A DNA stretch of 64,000 nt. Source: Paramecium tetraurelia (lineage: Eukaryota). The translations under genes and the position numbers were made by a program. Within the stretch, counting starts at the first letter, position 1, and every line of letters starts with the position of its first letter. The stretch is from the NCBI GenBank assembly GCA_000165425.1, contig CT868119.1:496001-560000 (forward strand). The letters are read 5' to 3'. Positions 56,466 to 64,000 of this stretch are shown here, one piece after another. Under the pieces are notes generated by a model that was not told the DNA's origin, searched no databases, and saw only the letters and a list, made by a program, of their open reading frames with translations.

Positions 56466-56624
56466 TAAAAATACAATTTATTATAATCACCAAATAAGAT
56501 ATAGATTTGAATTTATATTATGAATTAAATTCATGATAATTTGTCAATTTTACAAATAATGATACTAATATTATAATAATGTTTCTATATTTATAAATAA
56601 ATAATTTTAATTTATAAATAACAA

Positions 56625-57116
56625 ATGAATTAACCAAATAAAGTCTAGGAATATGAAAAGGTTATTGACCTACTTGAACACTTCTTGAAAAAATATTAAA
56701 ATTTAGGCAGGAATGCTATAGAAACTTCAATTGTCAGTCTTCTAAAAAACAATGTAAGCGGATTATTTTTTGTAGGATTTTATGAAGTTATTGATGGTAT
56801 ATTATTGGATTCTATATTAGGTAATTCTCTTGAAGTCGGTCCATATTAAAGTACCATATTGGCAACACCAAGAATTGAAAAAGGGAAGGGACAATGTGGG
56901 TAATGTTGGGCTGAAGGAAAAGTTCAGATTTAAGAAGATGTGAAGGTTTGTTAGAATTACATAGCGTGCGATAATGAGACTTAAAGTGAGATAGTGATTC
57001 CAGTTATAAAGAATGGAGTGGTGCAAAGTGTTTTGGATATTGATTCAGAACACTTGTCACGATTTGACGAAGTCGATTCTAAGTATTTATAAAGAATAGT
57101 TGAGTATTTAATTTGA
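56625..57116 (+). CDS. msrC: GAF-domain free methionine-R-sulfoxide reductase (fRMsr/MsrC family)
   Basis: FVGFY, VGPYQ, RI..GKGQCG, IACD...SEIVIP, VLDIDS...FDEVD. Confidence 0.88.
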
Positions 57117-57130
57117 TAAAATATTAATTA

Positions 57131-60100
57131 ATGACACTTTCTTTTGAGTTATTGAATTTGAGACCAACGCCTCTAAGATTTGATATCTGGCCTTTTGTCA
57201 TTGGTTATATTGCTCTGTACTCTTGGTGGAGTACATTAGATGAAGAGGCCCCTGTCGAAACAAATAATATAATGGATAAAATAAATAAGGCAACATTCTA
57301 AGGAGCTGAGAGTATTATAATGTTGAATATGTAGTTTATAATGATGAAGTATATTATGAGTCAATGGAAAATATTTACGCTAGATTAACTTTTATCGGAT
57401 TGGTGTTTTTTCATTCATTAACATACATGAGTTCATTTTGGTCTGTGTCGATGAAATCTAAAATTAGATATTTTTCAGGAGGGATCAAACTCAGCTAAGA
57501 GAATGTTAGAAATTACAAATATTGCAAAGTCTAATTCGCTAAACAACAGAAATCCTACAGCGAAATTGTAGCAATACAATCTGATTCATCTAATAAATTC
57601 TGGATCTAATTTATGGAAAACAAATATTTTTATGACTAGACAAAAGAATCGTTTACCAGATAAAAACCAAATGTTAAATTTAACCTTCAGAATTTGGAAA
57701 GTCTTGAGAAGTTAGAGGAATATGAAAAGAATTCCTTACTTATCCCAATGAAAAAATTCAACGAAGTATTAAAGGATTAATTAATGGAACCCTTCTCATT
57801 CTTTCAGATATTTAGTGTATCCCTATGGTTATTGGATGAAAGCAGGATATATGCTCTATTTACTCTATCAATGCTCTTTTTCACATCCTGTACTGTGGTC
57901 ATATAAAGAATGAAAACTATGTTGACTCTTAGATAAATGAAATTGAATCCACAATTGATTACAGTCTACCGCAAAAACTAATGGACTAAAATTTCCTCTG
58001 AATTACTTGTTCCTGGAGATGTAGTCATATTATAAACTGCAGAGTAAATCAAACCTGCTGCTAAGGACAATAATAATGATGATGAACAGTTTTTAAGATA
58101 GCAGATTCCCTTTTCAAAGCATTTGCCGCCTAAATTGTTTTAAGTAGAAACCATGAATGTTGATTCTTACAAGAATGTACCATGTGATATTCTATTATTA
58201 AATGGTTAAGTAGTAGTTAATGAGTCCATGTTGACAGGAGAGAGTGTTCCATAAGTTAAGGAGGGAATCAATAAAAATTAAAATGAACACTTGGACATCA
58301 AAAATAAGCACAAATAAAATGTAATATTTTGTGGAACTGAAATCATACAATTATAAGGGAATGCACAATATCCATCTTATATCAATAATGCTTAAAATTA
58401 GTCTCATTGTTTGGGCTTGGTGTTAAGAACAGGCTTTGATACTGCAAAAGGGAAGTTGATTAAGACTGTCTTCTACAATAATGAAAATGCAAATGCTAAA
58501 TAAACAGATGGACTATTTATAGTGGTAGTCTTACTCATCTTTGCCTTATGTGCCAGCGCATATGTCTTGATGAATGGACTTTAAGAAGAATCCAGAAACA
58601 AAAATAAACTATTTATTAGATGTATATTGATTGTAACTACTGTTGTTCCACCTGAACTGCCAATGATTTTATCAATAGCTGTGAATTAATCTTTAATGAT
58701 GTTGTAACTGAGAAAAATCTTTTGTACAGAACCTTTCAGAATTCCATTGGCTGGAAAGGTAGAGGTTTTGGCTTTTGATAAAACTGGTACCTTGACTAAT
58801 GATACTTTGTTATTTACTGGAATTGTAGATAATTGTGTTAATAGAGGAACAAAGTCAAAAAGCGATTGTTCCTTGTATTGCTAACAAATCTTGGCTGGTT
58901 GTAATCAATTAATATATGCTGATAATAAATTGCAAGGTGATCCTATCGAACTCTTATTTTTTTAACAAAATAATCCATGGAGTATTTAAACCTAACAAAA
59001 GTATGCTTAAAATAAGGATTTAGGCATTTTCCTTTATTAAAAACAAGTATTCTCCTTCAAGAGTGATTTAAAGAGAATGAGCACTGTAGTCTAGGTTGAT
59101 TAGAAAGGTCAAAGACATTATAGAATATTAGTTAAAGGTGCTCCTGAAGCATTATAATCGCTATTCTAAGAAGTCCCAGATGAGTATGAATACTGTTATT
59201 AACACTATTCGAATTTAGGATACAGAGTACTGTGTTTGGCGGATAGAGAGATTGAGGAATATGAAAATCAAGAAAGAGAGGAATTAGAAAAGAATTTAGT
59301 GTTCCGTGGATTCCTAATTTGCGAATCCCCTTTGAAGCCTGACACTCAATAATGGATTAAAAAATTCAAATCAAGTTATTTTCAACCCATCATTATTACA
59401 GGAGATAATTTACTTACTGCAATAGCAGTTGGTAAATAATTATAATTACATGATAACAAAAAGACATATATCCTAGATTATCAGGATAATAATTATGTAT
59501 TAGTTGAACATGGCAATAAGAATATAAAAGTGTTGAGCAATGTAGAAAAGGAACTTACAAAAACAGAAGGAATGTTGTGTATTTCATCATCAATTATGGT
59601 AAAATTAGAAGAATAGCATTTAATCAAACTGATAATACATTTCAGTATCTTTGCAAGAATGTCACCAAAATAAAAAGAAACTATCGTTATTTAGTTCAAA
59701 AAGCAAGGTAAAGGTGTGTTGATGTGCGGAGATGGCACAAATGATGTTGGAGCATTAAAAAAGGCTGACGTTGGAATTGCCTTAGTTACCAATTAGGGAG
59801 AGTAATAGGAAGAGATAGATGAAGAAGAGGAGGAGAGAGTGGCTAATTTATCATTTACAGATCAATTATAGTAAGTTAAAAAATAGTAGATGGAGATATA
59901 AAAGTAAATGAATGAAGCCAAAGGAGATAAGGAGAAGATGAAGAATATTGCTAATTAACATCTGCAACAATAGGCCGCTGGGTTGTTTGATATGGGACCA
60001 AGTTATAAGTTTGGTGATGCTTGTATTGCTGCTCCTTTTACATCAAAAATGTCTACGAGCATTAGATGTGTTCATACTATTGTCAAATAGGGAGTCTGTA

Positions 60101-60802
60101 CTTTAGTGACTACAATTTAAACTTATAAGATTATGGCCTTATAAAGTGTATTAAACGCATATTCTTTAAGTGCCTTACATATGCAATCATTGAAAATGAG
60201 TGAAACTCAAATGACTCTAATGGGAATCTTAGGAGCTGCTTATTATTTCTGCTATTCTTCAGCTAAAGCTTAAAGGAATTTATCAAAAGTAAAACCAAGC
60301 TTTTCCATTTTTGAATTTTCCTTTTTCATTTCATTGACACTCCAAATCGTATTGCACGTATGGTCTATGCACTTTGCTATACATCATATAGCTATGCCAA
60401 ATATGACTATTGAAGAAAAGGAAATTAAAAATGAACTTGAATTTAAGCCTACCTTTTTGAATACAACAGTGTTTCTACTGCAGTTATTACAACAAAGTTG
60501 TATATTTTTATTCAATCATCCTGGAGAACCACATATGCAAAAGATTGATGTGCGTTCTAAATTTTTCAAAAGCTTGGTAACAGTCTTAATGATATTTTTA
60601 GTTTGTTCCTCTTATCTTGTGTATAATATCAGCATTTAACTACAGTGACATTTTGAATTCTTATCTTGAACTAACATTCCCTCAAAATCAAGAGGTAAGT
60701 TTACAATTGACTTTGCTTTGCATATTTGTCACAGCAGCAAATTGGGTAATTGAGAAAGGAACCAAGACCTTAAAATACAAAAAATGGTATGGATTTATAT
60801 GA
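57131..60802 (+). CDS. ATP13A1: P5A-type ATPase (ATP13A1/Spf1-like)
   Basis: [57 protein letters not shown] (P5A-type). Confidence 0.9.
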
Positions 60803-60904
60803 TAACGAGTTTGCATAAATATTTTAATTACAAGATATATATTAATATTTTGATTTGTTTTAATAGTAATTGAGATAGAAATATTAAAAATTAGTGTTTT
60901 ATTA

Positions 60905-61840
60905 ATGAATAATCTAGCCCAGCTTGAAGAGGAAGATGGTTCCACTAAAAATACTACACGTGAAATTAAAGCGGTAAATACGACCATAAAAGCTGTATTG
61001 GGGAACCAATTGGTTCGCTCAAATTCAAGTCCAATAGTCTAACCTTTAAGTGGCAAGACCTTCAAAATTGGAGTAATCTATATAATAATTTTGCAGATTT
61101 GTGGTGGCCATTCTTCAGGAAAAGCCTTGCTAACTGAAAAATTGATGAATTAACTACAACAATTAGGATTTTAAGTGAGTGTGGTTAAATAAGATAATTT
61201 TGATGTTGATAGCAACGATTTTGACAATTAGTAATTAATTAGTAATCATTTAAGCAAGTAGAACTCTGATGTTCTCAATAATGTTCCCTATGTTAATAAT
61301 TAGGATTATTAAAAGTTTTTGGTATCAATTTATACTAAGTTTAGTCAACAGCCATCAAGACTCTCTTAACCACAAGGGATAAGAATGTAATTATAATTGA
61401 AGGAACTTTAATTTTTTATGACAGACAACTTAGAGATTTGCTTGATTTAAAGATATTCTTGCATCATGATCAGGATGTGAGACTATCTAGAAAAAGTATT
61501 TATATAACGAATGTTTTTAGTTTATAAGGAAGTGTGTGCGAAAGGCAAAGATGTGGAAAAAGTCATTCACAATTATTTGAATAGATTGAAGCCGCTTTAT
61601 GAATCAATTATTAAGCCCACTGAATAATATGCAGATATTATTGTACCGAAATTCGGAGGAGAGTTTACCTTGAAACCATAAGAAAATTAGGGTGAAACTT
61701 AATAAATGCATGCAGGCTTTAGCCAATTTAATCCAAATATCTTAAACTTACTTATAGAGATTACAAAGGAAAATATTCTAGGAAGTGATAAATTAGATAA
61801 GCTAGAAAAACTTGACAAGATTTAAGCAAGTTCAAAATGA
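60905..61840 (+). CDS. Uridine kinase/phosphoribulokinase-family protein, divergent
   Basis: IGICGGHSSGKA, IIIEG, LDLKIFL...DVRLSR, KP.Y..II.P...YADIIVP; several short introns. Confidence 0.8.
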
Positions 61841-61943
61841 TTTCATTGATTGTTAATTGAAAAATTAATCTGGTATTCTAATATGTATTGATGCAATTTT
61901 TATATGATAATCAATAATAATTTCTGAGAGTAATTATAAATAA

Positions 61944-62497
61944 ATGATAAAAAATTATTATAAACAGTCAAAGCAATAATCATACATTTCAACTTAAAAA
62001 AAAGGTTCTGAATTTCATCAGAATTAAAGATCAAAATCAAAATCTCCAGGTCCCAATAAGCATTAAGCTCAACCTAAATAATCTAATTCAAATCTTACAT
62101 CACATTATAAAATGGCAATCGGAGAGTTTAAATACTTTTAGGAATGCTTTCCAGAAGAATATACCATACTCTCAATAAACAATGAAATCTTCTTTGAAAA
62201 GGATATTATTAAATGCAAGTAAAAGGATTCACAACTTAATACAACTTTAGAAGGTTCATCAGATGAGGATTAAACTCTAATACAAGACTATACTCTCCAG
62301 ACTTCTTTCAATCCTATAAACTAAACTTAATATTAGCACAGCTCTCGCTTTGTTTATTCAAATAGAGAGAGAATATTCCAAGAAAGGAGAACATCTTTAA
62401 GTAGTTCTTAAGCAAATACATAGGTCCTTTGTAGAGAAGCTTATATTGTAGACACAACAGTCAATTACAAAGTAGCAAAAGGAGAATATTTGATTGA
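61944..62497 (+). CDS. Hypothetical low-complexity protein
   Basis: MIKNYYKQSK... open frame; a 23-nt intron at 62401-62423 gives ...KRRIFD* (unspliced frame would end near 62645). Confidence 0.5.
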
Positions 62498-62541
62498 ATA
62501 TTATTGCGTTACTAATACTACTAACGAAATTGGAAAGAGTA

Positions 62542-62886
62542 TCATAATTATTTATACTGTGTTTCAAATTATTTATTCCGAAATAATTTAAATTTTTTAT
62601 CATCTCTTTTTTATTCAGACTTTGGTAAATGATAATTTTTTGTGAAGTTATATTATGTTTTCTTCCTTTCAATAAACTTGAATTGAAAGGATTATTTTAT
62701 TTGATAATTATTCTGTTCTTGTGATTCTTTGATTTTGAGAAATAAGCAGATAGTCTTGAGTGGTAAAGTATAATTATCAAATAGACTTTAACCAATTAAG
62801 AAAAAGAGATATTTGAAATCATTCGATTGCTTTAGAATATTTGATAGACAAAATTACCTTGATCCAAACTATAGTTGGAACTGCAT
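62542..62886 (-). CDS. Possible small hypothetical protein (114 aa)
   Basis: Open ciliate-code frame ATG to TGA; no recognisable motif. Confidence 0.3.
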
Positions 62887-62931
62887 TCTATTTAGGTTTG
62901 TTGAATATTTATATATATATATAATAATAAT

Positions 62932-63273
62932 TCATTTGGGATTTGTTTTTTTAACAAATTTTTTAGCGATTCTTTTTCTAATTTTCACAATTTGAGATTT
63001 TGATTCTGAATGACATTGGGATTAACTCTTTTATTCAAATTTCAGATTTAGTGGAACAGTTCGTTTATAAAGAACTTTAAACTTACATGTTTGTTTACGA
63101 GTAGATTTAATTTCAGTATCACTATAAGAAACTGGCTACAATGTTCTCAGATAGTTAGGCTTGAATTAATAATTTAAATTTTCAAAGTCATCCTCTAAAA
63201 AATTAGTTTTATTTAGACGTTGCTAGAGAGATTCAACTTCTAATCTATCTTAGTAATAATTATCCTAATCCAT
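62932..63273 (-). CDS. Small hypothetical protein (113 aa), basic C-terminus
   Basis: MDQDNYYQDRLEVESL...KIRKRIAKKFVKKTNPK*. Confidence 0.55.
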
Positions 63274-63317
63274 TATAATTAATCAAAATTAAATAAAAAA
63301 AATAATAAAAAATTACA

Positions 63318-64000
63318 TCATTGATGAAAATGATCACGATATCTTTTAACCATTTTTTTTATTTCATTTTTGCTTGCTTACTTTGTCATTACAGGCTTTA
63401 ATTTCAATTTCATATTACATTCAGAATAGGTTGTTATCATAATTTTATTTTCTTCAATTTATTTGATTTGATTCCCACTCAATAATAACAGAGCCCTAGT
63501 GCATTATTTGGTAGACAATTCTCTACAATAATAAATATCATAACTTACTAAGGTTGAAAATGATCAACATTTACAGATTTCGAAATCTCTATGCAATCAT
63601 CTCCCTTTCTATCAGTATATTTAATATATAAAAAGTCTCGTGGGTCCATGAACATAATCTTTTTATATCTTAAGTAATTAATCTATAAATTTATGTCTTC
63701 ATAATGCATCTCAAACGCATCAATACTATTATCCATTTATTTTTATAATTGCAAATCCCTCATGAATTCTATGTAGGAATCAATCGAAGTATTCAAAGTG
63801 TATGTATATTTCATTATACCAATCTAAAATTTTTCAGGAGTCTCGATGTATTTAATCCAAAAATTGAAGTCCTGTTCTTCTTCTAATAATTCAAATCCCT
63901 CCATTTTATCAATCACAGAAGTAAATGCCATCACTGCTCTTTCTCCTATTTCTTTAATAAATTCAGTTTAAGAAAATGAGATATGAGGAATATCATCTAT
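63318..64000 (-). CDS. START-domain lipid-binding protein (5' part outside window)
   Basis: YLRYKKIMFMDPRDFLYIKY...ISKSV...CTRA...ITTYSECNMK, a START-type layout. Confidence 0.75.

Overview
Very AT-rich, gene-dense eukaryotic DNA that reads correctly only with the ciliate genetic code (TAA/TAG = Gln, TGA = sole stop). It has tiny 20-31 nt GT..AG introns and intergenic gaps often under 50 bp, which is typical of a Paramecium-type macronuclear chromosome. The supplied standard-code ORF track is therefore mostly fragments or antisense artefacts. Manual translation gives about 35 genes: Tousled-like kinase, two ULK/Atg1-like kinases, an AGC kinase, an AMPK/SNF1-like kinase, a short RNA Pol III RPC34, an ICL-type centrin, an S49 peptidase-like protein, GH25 lysozyme, an SPX-EXS protein, CCDC77, an MFS transporter, an ankyrin-repeat anoctamin, a C2/TM protein, a histidine phosphatase, an Na+/H+ exchanger, ASF1, a PWWP protein, a giant GBP-like GTPase, fRMsr, a P5A ATPase, a uridine-kinase-like protein, a START protein and several ciliate-type hypotheticals. 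There are also several decayed gene relics. The most striking observation is an ankyrin-anoctamin fusion that appears to have lost 4 of the 5 acidic Ca2+ ligands. Other candidate pseudo-enzymes are the S49 protein lacking its catalytic Ser, the SPX-EXS protein with a degenerate pore, and the uridine kinase with a GKA Walker A. CDS coordinates span start codon to stop codon including introns and come from manual reading, with no database search.
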